DNA from: an uncultured Bacilli bacterium
Lineage (GTDB): Bacteria; Bacillota_I; Bacilli_A; RF39; UBA660
Direction of reading: 5' to 3'
Assembly (NCBI GenBank): GCA_944371435.1
Contig: CALVXQ010000001.1
Location: 1 to 47,436 of the forward strand
Length of the DNA stretch: 47,436 nt
Shown here: in pieces, positions 15,904-26,435 of the stretch
Numbering within the stretch: the first letter of the stretch is position 1
How the letters are laid out: each line of letters opens with the position of its first letter
Program-made: the position numbers and the translations under genes
Notes under the pieces: model-generated
The model's database searches: none
What the model saw: the letters and a program-made list of their open reading frames with translations, nothing else
Told to the model about the DNA's origin: nothing

Positions 15904-17640
15904 ATGGTACATATTAGTGAGGAAGAAATAAATAATATTAGAAAACGTGCTGATATAGTTGATATTATAGGGGGATACATAACCCTTACTAAAAAAGGCC
16001 AAGATTATAAATGTGTTTGTCCATTTCATGATGACCACTCTCCAAGCATGAGTGTGTCACCAGCCAAGCAAATATACAAGTGCTTTTCCTGTGGGGCAGC
16101 GGGAAATGTTTTTTCCTTTGTTCAAAATTATGAGCAAGTATCGTTTGTCGAGGCTATAAAGATAGTAGCTGATAAAGTAGGTTATCAATTAAGTGGTAAT
16201 TTTGATTATGAAAAAAAGGAAAAATATTCTTTAGAATATGAAATTATGGACTTAGCAACAAAATTTTATCAAAATAATTTAGTTACGAAAAAGGGATTAC
16301 AAGCCCAAGAGTATTTGAAAAATAGGCAGATAAATCAGGATACGATTAATGAGTTTCAAATTGGTTTAAGTTTAGATGATCCGGCAACTTTAAGTGAACT
16401 GCTATTGAAAAAAGGTTATAAGTTACAAAAATTGATTGATTTGGGTTTAACAAATGAAAATACTTCCCGGCTTAGTGACATGTTTATCGGCCGTATAACA
16501 TTTCCCCTATGGGATAAAGATGGGCATGTGATTGGCTTTTCGTCTCGGATTTATCGGAATGAAAATTTGCCGAAGTATATTAATACCAAAGAAACTTATT
16601 TATTTAAAAAAGGAGAGAATCTTTTTAATTATCATCGAGCTAAAAAGTATGCTAAGAATAAAGAATTATTAATTGTCGAGGGTCAATTAGATGCGATTAG
16701 AATTTATTCGGCGGGGGTTAGAAATGTTGTAGCTTTGATGGGGACAGCTTTAACAAAGAGTGTTTTGGATTTATTAAAAAACCTTCGTTGTCAAATTATT
16801 TTATGTTTGGATAATGATGATGCTGGGTTAAATGCTACCTTGAAAAATGGCGATATTTTAATAGAGGCTGGTTTTGAAGTAAAGGTTATTCGTCTTAGTG
16901 GATCAAAAGATCCTGATGAGTACATTAAAGAATTTGGTGTTGATGCTTTTAAGAAGAATATGTCTTCTCCTCTTAGTTATTTAGATTTTAAAATAAGTTT
17001 TTTAAAACAGAAATATAATTTGAATAATAATGAAGATATTTCTTTGTATTTAAACGAAGTATTAGAAATACTAAATAATAATAATGATGACATTTATACT
17101 GAATTAACATTGAATAATTTAAGTAAAGAATTTAATCTTAGTTTAGGCACTTTAAAAAATAGGTATAATTCTTTAAAAAAGGTTGAAAATGTAGCTAAAG
17201 AGGTATTTACTCCTTCTAAGGTAGTGGAAAATAAATTAACTTCTTTAGATAAAGTGACTAGAAAAGTTTTATATTATATGATGAATGATGCTGAGTATAT
17301 TAAACTTTACCAAAAGAAGCTAGGATATTTTACTGATAAAAATTATCGGCAAATTGCTAATGAAATAGTTTACTTTATGGAAAAAAACGGGTATATTAAT
17401 ATTGCTGATTTTATTTCTTATACCAGTTTGCTTCCGATAAATAAACTGGTATTAGAAATTAGTGGGGAAGATGAAAAATTAGAACAAGGATATTTTTTGA
17501 ATTATTTAAACTTAATTAAAAAGAAAGTGCGAGAAAATAAAATTCGTGATTTAAAAAAAGAAATGCGTAAGGAACAAGATGTACATAAGAAAATGGAAAT
17601 GGCTAAAGAAATAGCTGAAATAAAGAAAGAAGTGTTATAA
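15904..17640 (+). CDS. dnaG: DNA primase
   Basis: The zinc finger is CPFHDDHSPSM...CFSCG. The TOPRIM motifs are VEGQLDA and LDNDDAG. It sits in the canonical position upstream of sigA. Confidence 0.95.
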   Translation: MVHISEEEINNIRKRADIVDIIGGYITLTKKGQDYKCVCPFHDDHSPSMSVSPAKQIYKCFSCGAAGNVFSFVQNYEQVSFVEAIKIVADKVGYQLSGNFDYEKKEKYSLEYEIMDLATKFYQNNLVTKKGLQAQEYLKNRQINQDTINEFQIGLSLDDPATLSELLLKKGYKLQKLIDLGLTNENTSRLSDMFIGRITFPLWDKDGHVIGFSSRIYRNENLPKYINTKETYLFKKGENLFNYHRAKKYAKNKELLIVEGQLDAIRIYSAGVRNVVALMGTALTKSVLDLLKNLRCQIILCLDNDDAGLNATLKNGDILIEAGFEVKVIRLSGSKDPDEYIKEFGVDAFKKNMSSPLSYLDFKISFLKQKYNLNNNEDISLYLNEVLEILNNNNDDIYTELTLNNLSKEFNLSLGTLKNRYNSLKKVENVAKEVFTPSKVVENKLTSLDKVTRKVLYYMMNDAEYIKLYQKKLGYFTDKNYRQIANEIVYFMEKNGYINIADFISYTSLLPINKLVLEISGEDEKLEQGYFLNYLNLIKKKVRENKIRDLKKEMRKEQDVHKKMEMAKEIAEIKKEVL

Positions 17641-18729
17641 ATGGATACAATAAAAAGCTTAAAAGATAGGGAAAAAGAATTATTAGAATCAGGTAAGAAA
17701 AAAGGTTTTATTACATATGAAGAGTTAGCTGAAATACTAAAAGGATTAGAATTAGATGCTGATGATTTAGACGAAATATATAATCTTTTGATTGATAATC
17801 ATATCGATATTGTTACGGAAGATGGAACAGGTAACGGGACTAAACTAAAAGAAGAGCAGGATTTAGTTTTAAGTGATGAAGAGTTGACAAAAGATGTTAA
17901 TATAAACGATCCTGTTCGCATGTATTTAAAAGAAATAGGAAAGATTCCTCTTTTAAATATGGAAGATGAAATGAAATATTCTGTTGCCGCTGCTAATGGT
18001 GATGAAGATGCTAAGCGAATATTAGCTGAATCTAATTTGCGTTTAGTTGTCTCTATTGCTAAAAGGTATGTTGGTAGAGGTTTATTATTCTTAGATTTGA
18101 TTCAAGAGGGAAATATCGGTCTAATGAAGGCTGTTGAAAAGTTTGATTATGATAAGGGCTTTAAGTTTTCAACATATGCAACTTGGTGGATAAGACAGGC
18201 AATTACTCGTGCTCTTGCCGATCAAGCAAGAACAATTCGTGTTCCCGTTCATATGGTTGAAACAATTAATAAGATGACGAGAATTCAAAGACAAATGACT
18301 TTAGAATTAAATAGGGAACCAACTGAGGAGGAAATTGCGAAAAAGATGGGAATTTCTGTCGAAAAAGTTCGTGAAGTGATGAAGATAAGTCAAGATCCTG
18401 TTTCTTTGGAAACTCCTATTGGCGAAGAAGATGATTCTCATTTAGGAGACTTCATTAAAGACGAAAGAAGTATGTCCCCAGAAGAATATGCTACTAATGA
18501 GATATTAAAAGAAGAGATAAAAAGTGTTTTAGGCACATTGCAAAAAAGAGAACAAGAAGTTTTGGAATTACGATTTGGTTTAATCGATGGAACTAGTCAC
18601 ACTTTGGAAGAAGTTGGTAAGAAGTTTAATGTTACTCGTGAACGTATTCGTCAAATTGAGGCCAAAGCTTTACGTAAATTGCGCCATCCATCTCGTGCTA
18701 AAAAGTTAAAGGACTTTTTAACCGATTAA
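17641..18729 (+). CDS. sigA: primary sigma factor (sigma-70/SigA)
   Basis: Region 2 is [16 protein letters not shown], region 3 is [13 protein letters not shown], and region 4.2 is [30 protein letters not shown]. Confidence 0.95.
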   Translation: MDTIKSLKDREKELLESGKKKGFITYEELAEILKGLELDADDLDEIYNLLIDNHIDIVTEDGTGNGTKLKEEQDLVLSDEELTKDVNINDPVRMYLKEIGKIPLLNMEDEMKYSVAAANGDEDAKRILAESNLRLVVSIAKRYVGRGLLFLDLIQEGNIGLMKAVEKFDYDKGFKFSTYATWWIRQAITRALADQARTIRVPVHMVETINKMTRIQRQMTLELNREPTEEEIAKKMGISVEKVREVMKISQDPVSLETPIGEEDDSHLGDFIKDERSMSPEEYATNEILKEEIKSVLGTLQKREQEVLELRFGLIDGTSHTLEEVGKKFNVTRERIRQIEAKALRKLRHPSRAKKLKDFLTD

Positions 18730-18731
18730 TT

Positions 18732-19367
18732 ATGTTAAGTAAAAGATTAGAAGCCATAGCTAGTTTTGTAGATAAAAATGATAATTTAATCGATGTTGGT
18801 TGTGATCATGGATATTTAGGAATTTATCTTAAAGAAAATAATTTAGTTAATAATTTATTATTGACGGATATAAACAAAAATGCCTTAAATAATGCGATTA
18901 ATAATATGCAAAAGCTTAATTTGAATATAGCAACTAAGCTTACTAATGGGTTAGATAATATAGATACTACTAATTTTAATACCATTGTTATAAGTGGTAT
19001 GGGAACTAATACCATTAAACAAATTTTAATTCCTAGTAAACTAAAGACTATCGATAAATTAATTATTCAGTCTAATAATCATTTAGCTGAATTAAGAGGA
19101 TATTTAAAAAGTCTTGGTTTTGGTTTAGTGGATGAAATTACACTAAAGGAAAAAAATATTTGGTATGTAATATGTCTTTTTAGGAAAAACTTTTGTTCTA
19201 ATTATTCGGCTTATGGAATACCAAAAAAAGATAAGATACCTTATTATAAATATTTAATAAAGAATTATCAAAATATATTAAATGGTATTCCTAAAGATAA
19301 TATTGAAATAAGAAAAAAATATTTGAACATCATAGAGAGATTAAATAAATTATTGGAAGAATGTTAA
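18732..19367 (+). CDS. trmK: tRNA (adenine22-N1)-methyltransferase TrmK-like
   Basis: LSKRL..IA.., DVGCDHGYL, ISGMGTNTIKQIL and LIIQSN parallel B. subtilis YqfN/TrmK. Synteny after sigA supports the call. Confidence 0.7.
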   Translation: MLSKRLEAIASFVDKNDNLIDVGCDHGYLGIYLKENNLVNNLLLTDINKNALNNAINNMQKLNLNIATKLTNGLDNIDTTNFNTIVISGMGTNTIKQILIPSKLKTIDKLIIQSNNHLAELRGYLKSLGFGLVDEITLKEKNIWYVICLFRKNFCSNYSAYGIPKKDKIPYYKYLIKNYQNILNGIPKDNIEIRKKYLNIIERLNKLLEEC

Positions 19368-19607
19368 AGTGTTATTTACTTCTTCTTTTTTTTGAACTTT
19401 ATCTTGGGTAGGAATATTTAGAGTATTATCATCTTTATTCATCTCCTTAAATACAGATAAGATACCACTAGCATTATTAATAATTGGTCTTACTTCCTTA
19501 TATAAGGGAATTACCTGATTAACTATATTTAATGACTTAGAAATACCACTAATTATTTTAGTAAAACTTAATGGACTGCCTATTAAATCCCGATACATTT
19601 TAATCAC
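19350..19607 (-). CDS. YqfQ/VrrA-like small protein
   Basis: The segment LNIVNQVIPLYKEVRPIINNASGIL resembles the YqfQ-like motif (..Q..P.v.qygP.vkN.P). Synteny near trmK supports it. It overlaps trmK convergently by 18 nt. Confidence 0.35.
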   Translation of the reverse strand: MIKMYRDLIGSPLSFTKIISGISKSLNIVNQVIPLYKEVRPIINNASGILSVFKEMNKDDNTLNIPTQDKVQKKEEVNNTLTFFQ

Positions 19608-19717
19608 CTATTTTATTATATGTAAGTAAAACATTAATTTTACAAAATAAAATAAGATAAAAGTAAAGACTTTTTTATGGAAATTTGGTACAATTAAGAT
19701 AATACGGAGGATATATT

Positions 19718-21307
19718 ATGGATAATAGTACTAATAATGATGTAATAAAAGAGGAAGTATTAGATGTTACTCCTCAAACTAATACGATTAATACTGAACC
19801 CGAGAAAGAAAATAAAAAGAAGAAAAAAGAGAAAAAAGTTAAACCAACAAATCCTAATAGTTTTGCTAATTCATTTAAAGATATATTTCGTTTAGCTTTT
19901 AAAACTTTAAGATATACTTGGAAAGTTTTAACTACTAGTAATGTTGATTTACGTGATTCTAAATTAGCTAATGAAATAAAGGTTGTAAATGATAAATTAG
20001 GTATAACCCAAAAGAGAATTACAAAACTAGAAAAAGAACGAAGAGAATTACAGTTAGAATTACGCGGTGATGTAAAAGAAAATAAATATCCTAAGACTTA
20101 TATTTATAAAGTTAAAGATAAAAATGGCCGTTTTATAACAGGAAAATTCTCTGCCTTATCTAAAGCTGAAGTTAATTCATATTTGTTAAATGAAGGTTAT
20201 GAGGTATATAAAATAGAAAATAACAAGACAGTTGATTTCGTTTATGGTGATTCCTCATTTATCTCTACTAAATGGAAAAATAAAGATTTAATATTTTGGT
20301 TAACTCAGTTATCTACTTATATAAAATCAGGAATAACTTTGATGGAAGCTGTAAAAATATTAACTAATCAAATGGGTAGTAAATCTAAGAAAGCAACGAT
20401 GCAAGCTATATGTTATGAGCTTACCATGGGAAATCCTTTTTCGGTGGCTTTAGAAAAGCAGGGTAATGCCTTTCCCCCATTATTAATAAATATGTTACGT
20501 GCCGCAGAGGCAACAGGTGATTTAGAAGCAACTCTTGATGATATGGCCAATTATTATGAAGAAATTGATGCGACTAGAAAACAAATGATAAATGCCTTAA
20601 CATATCCTTGTTTAGTTTTAGTTTTTGCAATTGCTGTTATTATCTTTATTATTCTTTATGTTGTTCCCCAATTTGAAGGAATATATAGTTCTAATAGTAT
20701 GGAAATTAGCGGTGTTACTAAATTTATTTTAAATGCTAGTAAGTTCTTAAAAAGTTATATTCTTTACATGATTTTAGCCGTTATAGCCGCTTTAGCAGTC
20801 TTTGTATTATGTTATAGAAAAATAAAACCATTTCGCCGTGCTGTACAAGTTTTCTTTATGCATGTTCCGGTAATTAAGAATGTTTTAATCTATAATGAGG
20901 TTGCAGTATTTACTAAGACTTTTGCTTCGCTATTAAAAAATAATGTTTATATTACAGAAAGTATTGGTATTTTAAGTAAAATAACTAATAATGAAATTTA
21001 TAAAGAGATTATGTATCAAACAATAGATAATATTGCTCGTGGTGATAAGATATCGATGGCTTTTAAAGATCACTGGGCTGTACCTGATGTTGCTTATTAT
21101 ATGATTGTAACAGGAGAATCTACTGGAGAATTAGCAGAGATGTTAGATACAGTTAGTCATTACTTTCAAGAACAACATCGCTCGGTAGTAAATAATTTAA
21201 AAACTTTTATTGAACCCGTAACTATTATTTTGTTAGCTATTGTAGTTGGAGTTATTATAATTTCTGTATTAATGCCAATGTTTGGTGTATACGAACAAAT
21301 CATGTAA
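19718..21307 (+). CDS. type IV pilus / competence platform protein (PilC/ComGB, T2SS-F family) with about 125-aa N-terminal extension
   Basis: The PilC-type N-domain YIYKVKDKNGRFITGKFSALSKAEVNSYLLNEGYEVYKIE starts near aa 128. Two T2SSF repeats and three transmembrane helices follow. The extension is Lys-rich (KKKKKEKK) and has a coiled-coil-like stretch. Confidence 0.8.
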   Translation: MDNSTNNDVIKEEVLDVTPQTNTINTEPEKENKKKKKEKKVKPTNPNSFANSFKDIFRLAFKTLRYTWKVLTTSNVDLRDSKLANEIKVVNDKLGITQKRITKLEKERRELQLELRGDVKENKYPKTYIYKVKDKNGRFITGKFSALSKAEVNSYLLNEGYEVYKIENNKTVDFVYGDSSFISTKWKNKDLIFWLTQLSTYIKSGITLMEAVKILTNQMGSKSKKATMQAICYELTMGNPFSVALEKQGNAFPPLLINMLRAAEATGDLEATLDDMANYYEEIDATRKQMINALTYPCLVLVFAIAVIIFIILYVVPQFEGIYSSNSMEISGVTKFILNASKFLKSYILYMILAVIAALAVFVLCYRKIKPFRRAVQVFFMHVPVIKNVLIYNEVAVFTKTFASLLKNNVYITESIGILSKITNNEIYKEIMYQTIDNIARGDKISMAFKDHWAVPDVAYYMIVTGESTGELAEMLDTVSHYFQEQHRSVVNNLKTFIEPVTIILLAIVVGVIIISVLMPMFGVYEQIM

Positions 21308-21319
21308 TAGGAGGTTTAA

Positions 21320-22060
21320 ATGCTTTACATATATGTATTTATTTTAGGAAGTATTTTGACTTCCTTTTATATGGTTGTGGCTACAAGAATTCCTAATAAT
21401 GAATCAATTGTTACTCCTCGTAGCCATTGTGATAACTGTCAAAAAAAATTATGCTGGTATGAACTTATTCCTATTTTATCTTATTTTATTGTTAGAGGAC
21501 GTTGTTCAAAATGTAAGAAGAAGTTATCAATTGCTTACCCTTTATTAGAATTTTTAGGGGGCACTTTATTTTTAATCTGTCTTTTAAAGTTTAAAATAAG
21601 CTATGAGTTTTTCTTAGGTATAATTTTATCATCTCTATTCATTTTAATTAGTGTAACTGATTTTAAATATTTTATTATCTTAGATAGTGTTTTAATAGTT
21701 AGTGAAATATTTGTTATATTAGTAAATTTATTATTTAAAAGTAATTTATTATTGATTAATCTATTTAGTGGTTTATTAATGTTTTTAATAATGCTTTTAG
21801 TAAAAAAAATAGGGGATATTCTTTTTAAGAGAGAGTCTTTAGGGGGTGGAGATATTAAACTCATGTTTGTTATTGGAAGTATCTTAGGTTTAAGATTAAG
21901 TCTAGTATCAATTGTTATATCTTCCTTTATAGCTTTATTTTATGCTTTATATAGTCTTTATTTTCTAAAGAAGGAAGAAATTCCCTTTGGCCCTTTTTTA
22001 GTATTAGGAGCATTTATTACTTTAATTTTAAAAGATAACATTTTAGGTTTAATAATTTAA
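21320..22060 (+). CDS. prepilin peptidase (A24 family, PilD/ComC)
   Basis: The zinc-binding motif is CDNCQKKL...CSKCKKKL. The catalytic motifs are SVTDFKY and GGGDIKLM. It is polytopic. Confidence 0.85.
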   Translation: MLYIYVFILGSILTSFYMVVATRIPNNESIVTPRSHCDNCQKKLCWYELIPILSYFIVRGRCSKCKKKLSIAYPLLEFLGGTLFLICLLKFKISYEFFLGIILSSLFILISVTDFKYFIILDSVLIVSEIFVILVNLLFKSNLLLINLFSGLLMFLIMLLVKKIGDILFKRESLGGGDIKLMFVIGSILGLRLSLVSIVISSFIALFYALYSLYFLKKEEIPFGPFLVLGAFITLILKDNILGLII

Positions 22061-22103
22061 AAAAGAGTGGTAAGATATTATAATACGAAGTAAAGGAGAG
22101 ATT

Positions 22104-22805
22104 ATGGCGTATATAGAATTTGATAAAGTTGATAAAGTTTACCAAACTGGTGAAGTTAAGATTAAAGCTTTAAACGATACAACCTTTAGCATTGAAAAAG
22201 GTGAGTTGGTTTGTATACTAGGACCTAGTGGTGCAGGTAAAACAACTTGTTTAAACATTTTAGGAGGAATGGATAAACTAACTAGTGGTAAAGTTATCGT
22301 TGATGGTAAAAGGATTGATAAGTTGTCCGATAAAGAACTAATTAAATATCGTCGTAATGATATTGGGTTTGTTTTTCAATTTTATAATCTAATTCAAAAT
22401 ATGACAGTTTTAGAAAATGTTGAATTAGCAATTCAGTTGTGTAAAGATCATCTAGATCCAAATTTAATATTAGATAAAGTAGGTTTAAAAAATCGTAAGA
22501 ATAATTTTCCTGCTCAATTATCGGGTGGTGAACAACAACGAGTTGCCATAGCCCGAGCAATAGCTAAAAATCCTAAGTTATTATTATGTGATGAACCAAC
22601 TGGCGCTCTTGATTATAAAACAGGAAAACAAATATTGAAATTATTAGAAGATACTTGTCGCAAAGAGCATATGACAGTTATTATAATAACGCATAATTCT
22701 GCTATCGCTGGGATGGCTGATAAGGTAATTAAATTTAAAAATGGTAGTGCTTCAGAAATAATTATTAATAAATCTCCTAAAAATATCGAAGAAATTGAAT
22801 GGTAG
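22104..22805 (+). CDS. ABC transporter ATP-binding protein (MacB/LolD-like)
   Basis: Walker A is GPSGAGKT, the signature is LSGGEQQR, Walker B is LLLCDEPT, and the H-loop is ITHN. Confidence 0.9.
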   Translation: MAYIEFDKVDKVYQTGEVKIKALNDTTFSIEKGELVCILGPSGAGKTTCLNILGGMDKLTSGKVIVDGKRIDKLSDKELIKYRRNDIGFVFQFYNLIQNMTVLENVELAIQLCKDHLDPNLILDKVGLKNRKNNFPAQLSGGEQQRVAIARAIAKNPKLLLCDEPTGALDYKTGKQILKLLEDTCRKEHMTVIIITHNSAIAGMADKVIKFKNGSASEIIINKSPKNIEEIEW

Positions 22806-22812
22806 GTAATTT

Positions 22813-25284
22813 ATGAAGAATAAACTAGTACTGCACATTTTTCGAAAAATTAAAGATAATTATAAGAGATTTATTTCCTTATTTTGTATGGCTCTTTTAG
22901 GTGTTGGTTTTTATGCCGGGATTAAAGTTACTAGTCCCGACATGTTAAAAACACTTGATAATTTTTATGATGAACAAAATGTTTCGGATATTGAAATAGT
23001 ATCTACTGCGGGCTTAACTGATAATGATATTACAGCTTTAAAAAATATATCCGATATTGAAGAAGTTTATGGTACCTATGTTAAAGATGTGATTGTTAAT
23101 GAACAGGATAAAGAATCGGTTATTAGGTTGTTACCAATAAAAGAAGAAATTAACAAGTTGTATTTAACTAGTGGAACTTATCCAACTAATAATCAAGAGA
23201 TAATCGTGGAAGATAATTATTTGACTGATAATTCTTTAAATATAGGTGATACTATAGAAATGGATTTAGATGGGACATCGATGACATTTACTATTGTAGG
23301 AACAGCAATAAGTCCCCTTTATTTTTCTACTGATAGAGGAAGTAGTACCATTGGTAGTGGTAGTGTTGATTATTTCTTTTATGTGGAAGAAGAACTTATA
23401 AAAGAAGATTATTATACTAATATATATATTAAAGTTAAAGATACAGATTCTAAGTTGACCAATAGTGCTTCTTATAATGAATTAGTAGATAATGCGATTA
23501 GTAAGATAGAGGATATAAAGGAAAGTCAAGAAGATTATCGCTATGATGAGTTATATAAAGATATTATTGATCAAGCTAATGCTTATGGTATAGAGTTAGA
23601 TACTTCTCAATTTATTACTCCTACTTGGTATATATCTGATCGTCTAGATATTGATGGTTATAAAAATTTAATTGATGCTGGAGATAATATTGAAAAGTTA
23701 GGTAATATATTTCCTTTAGTATTTTATGTTATAGCAGTTTTAGTAAGTTTGATTTCTGTAAAAAGAATGATAGAAGAAGATCGGACTGAAAACGGTACAT
23801 TAAAAGCTTTAGGATTTACTAGTTTTCAAATAACTATGAAATATTTAGTCTATTCATTTTTAGCCACTATTACTGGTGGGCTTTTAGGAATGGTTATCGG
23901 TTTTAATCTTATTCCTCGAGTAATTTGGAACGTCTATGAATTATTATTTATTATTCCTAATTTTATCTGCGAGGCTAATCTTAGTTCAGGCTTAATAGGA
24001 ATATTGATTGAGTTAGTTTGTATTATGGGTACAGCAGTTATTGTATCAAGTTATAATTTAAAAGATGTACCAGCTAATTTAATGCGTCCTAAAGTACCAA
24101 AAATGGGACGAAAAATATTTTTGGAACGAATACCATTTATTTGGAATAGATTAAAATTTTCTAGTAAGATAACTATTCGGAATATCTTTAGATATAAAAG
24201 TCGTGTTTTAGCTACTATTATTGGGATAGCTGGTTGTACCGCTTTAATCTTATCGGGTTTTGGGTTAAGAGATTCTTTAAGTGATATAGCGTCTTATCAG
24301 TTTGAAAAAATATTTCACTATGATAAACTAGTTACATTAAAGGATGAAAATTATACTGACTTATTAAACGAATTAAATAATGACGAAGATATTGCCTTAG
24401 TCGTTGCAGCTCAAATGCAAAGTGTCGATTTAAGTACTCAAGATAATAGTAAAGAAGCAACTTTGATTGTTGTAGATGATATAAATCAGTTAAGTGAAGT
24501 ATTAACTTTAAATGATATTAATACTGAAGAAAATATTACTTTGGCCGATGATAAAATTGTTATAAGTGATAAAACTGCTCAATTACTTGATGTAGAAGCT
24601 GGTTCTAGTATAAGTATAAAAAATATGGATAATGTATCGGTTGATAATATAGAAATTTCTAATATTATGGAAAATTATGTTGATCATTATGTTATTATGA
24701 CTAAAGATTTATATACTAGTTTATTTGATGATTATGAAATTAATACGTTACTTATTAATCTAAATGATATAAGCTCTGAAGAAAATGCTAACTTAAATAC
24801 TAAACTAATGAATAATGATGAAGTGCTTTCAATTGTTGATACAAAAGATTTAATGGAAACTGTTACTGATATGATGGATAAATTAACTTCTGTTGTCGTT
24901 ATTTTAATATTAGCCGCAGCAATGTTAGCGTTTGTTGTTCTATATAACTTAGCTAATATTAATATTAGTGAAAGAAAAAGGGAAATAGCAACTTTAAAAG
25001 TTTTAGGATTTTATCATAAAGAGGTAGATAGCTATATTACAAGAGAAACATTTATCTTGACCATAATTGGGATTGCTATTGGTTTATATGCCGGTTTATA
25101 TTTATGTCATTTTATCATATCGACGTGTGAGCCAGATTATATTATGTTTGTTCGTCATATTAATGTTTTAAGTTATATATATGCCATTTTAATTGCTTCT
25201 ATATTTACGATAATAGTTAATATTATTACGCATTTTAATTTAAAAAAGATTAATATGATTGAGTCATTAAAAAATGTTGAATAA
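22813..25284 (+). CDS. ABC transporter permease with duplicated FtsX/MacB-type domains
   Basis: The 823-aa protein has a twice-repeated layout: a transmembrane helix, a large extracytoplasmic domain, then three transmembrane helices. The motifs are ENGTLKALGFT and REIATLKVLGF. Confidence 0.85.
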   Translation: MKNKLVLHIFRKIKDNYKRFISLFCMALLGVGFYAGIKVTSPDMLKTLDNFYDEQNVSDIEIVSTAGLTDNDITALKNISDIEEVYGTYVKDVIVNEQDKESVIRLLPIKEEINKLYLTSGTYPTNNQEIIVEDNYLTDNSLNIGDTIEMDLDGTSMTFTIVGTAISPLYFSTDRGSSTIGSGSVDYFFYVEEELIKEDYYTNIYIKVKDTDSKLTNSASYNELVDNAISKIEDIKESQEDYRYDELYKDIIDQANAYGIELDTSQFITPTWYISDRLDIDGYKNLIDAGDNIEKLGNIFPLVFYVIAVLVSLISVKRMIEEDRTENGTLKALGFTSFQITMKYLVYSFLATITGGLLGMVIGFNLIPRVIWNVYELLFIIPNFICEANLSSGLIGILIELVCIMGTAVIVSSYNLKDVPANLMRPKVPKMGRKIFLERIPFIWNRLKFSSKITIRNIFRYKSRVLATIIGIAGCTALILSGFGLRDSLSDIASYQFEKIFHYDKLVTLKDENYTDLLNELNNDEDIALVVAAQMQSVDLSTQDNSKEATLIVVDDINQLSEVLTLNDINTEENITLADDKIVISDKTAQLLDVEAGSSISIKNMDNVSVDNIEISNIMENYVDHYVIMTKDLYTSLFDDYEINTLLINLNDISSEENANLNTKLMNNDEVLSIVDTKDLMETVTDMMDKLTSVVVILILAAAMLAFVVLYNLANINISERKREIATLKVLGFYHKEVDSYITRETFILTIIGIAIGLYAGLYLCHFIISTCEPDYIMFVRHINVLSYIYAILIASIFTIIVNIITHFNLKKINMIESLKNVE

Positions 25285-25292
25285 GAATATAG

Positions 25293-25325
25293 ATACGAAA
25301 CTATTAACAGGTTTCGTATTTTTTA
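25293..25325 (+). terminator. rho-independent terminator
   Basis: ATACGAAAC, then loop tattaacag, then GTTTCGTAT, followed by a T-run. Confidence 0.75.
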
Positions 25326-25355
25326 AATTAAATTACATAATATTTTATAGGTGAT

Positions 25356-26432
25356 ATGATGAAATACTTTATACTTTTATTAGTAGCAATAATTCCTTGG
25401 GAGATAAAAGCTTTTAGTGCATCCAGTTACATAGTTATGGATGCCAATAGTAAAAGAGTTCTAGAAGGTAGTAATATTCATACTAAAAAATTAATTGCTA
25501 GTACAACTAAAATTATGACTGCTATTATTGCTTTAGAAAAAGGTGACTTAGATACAATAGTGACAGTTTCTAAAGATGTTTTAAAATCAACCGGTTCGAA
25601 TATATATATTGAAATAGGAGAAGAAATTACTTTAGAAGATTTAATTTATGGTTTACTACTAAGAAGTGGAAATGACGCAGCGATTGAAATTGCTAATCAT
25701 ATTTCTGGTTCCATGGAAGAATTTGTAAAACTAATGAATGAGTATGCTAACAACTTAGGAATGAATGAAACGTTTTTTATCAATTCGAGTGGTTTAGAAG
25801 ATAATTCTGGTAATGGTAATGTATCTACTGCTTATGATTTAGCACTCTTAATGGCTTATGCCTTAGATAACCCTAAATTTGTAGAAATATCAGGTACTAA
25901 GAAAAAAGTAGTTAAAACTAATTATAAAACATATGAATGGTATAATAAAAATAAACTATTAACAGAGTATAAATATACTATTGCGGGAAAGACTGGTTAT
26001 ACTAAGAAAGCTCTAAGAACACTAGTTAGTGCGGCTAAAAAAGATGATGAAGAATTAATCGTTGTAACTTTACAAGATAGTAATGACTTTTCTGATCATA
26101 AAAATTTATATGAAAAAAACTTTAAGAAATATAATAATATTAAAATAATAGATAAAGATGATTTTTATGTAGAAGATAATATTTTTTATGATGACTTATA
26201 TATAAATAATGATGTAAAAGTATTACTTACTGATGAAGAAGAAGAAAAAATATCTATTAATTATGAGATAAAAAAATTAGATACTTATCAAGATGGGGAT
26301 AATGTTGGTGAAGTTATAATTAAACTTGGTGATGATATTATTGCTAAAGAAGATATTTATGCTCAAAAATGGGAAGTAGCAGAAAAAAGTTTTTGGCAAA
26401 AGTTAATAGATTTTTTGATTTTTTGGAAGTGA
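25356..26432 (+). CDS. dacB: D-alanyl-D-alanine carboxypeptidase (DacB/PBP5*-like)
   Basis: It has a signal peptide, SxxK (ASTTKIMT), SGN (RSGNDAA) and KTG (GKTGYT). It is followed by spmA-spmB, as in B. subtilis. Confidence 0.85.
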   Translation: MMKYFILLLVAIIPWEIKAFSASSYIVMDANSKRVLEGSNIHTKKLIASTTKIMTAIIALEKGDLDTIVTVSKDVLKSTGSNIYIEIGEEITLEDLIYGLLLRSGNDAAIEIANHISGSMEEFVKLMNEYANNLGMNETFFINSSGLEDNSGNGNVSTAYDLALLMAYALDNPKFVEISGTKKKVVKTNYKTYEWYNKNKLLTEYKYTIAGKTGYTKKALRTLVSAAKKDDEELIVVTLQDSNDFSDHKNLYEKNFKKYNNIKIIDKDDFYVEDNIFYDDLYINNDVKVLLTDEEEEKISINYEIKKLDTYQDGDNVGEVIIKLGDDIIAKEDIYAQKWEVAEKSFWQKLIDFLIFWK

Positions 26433-26435
26433 TAT

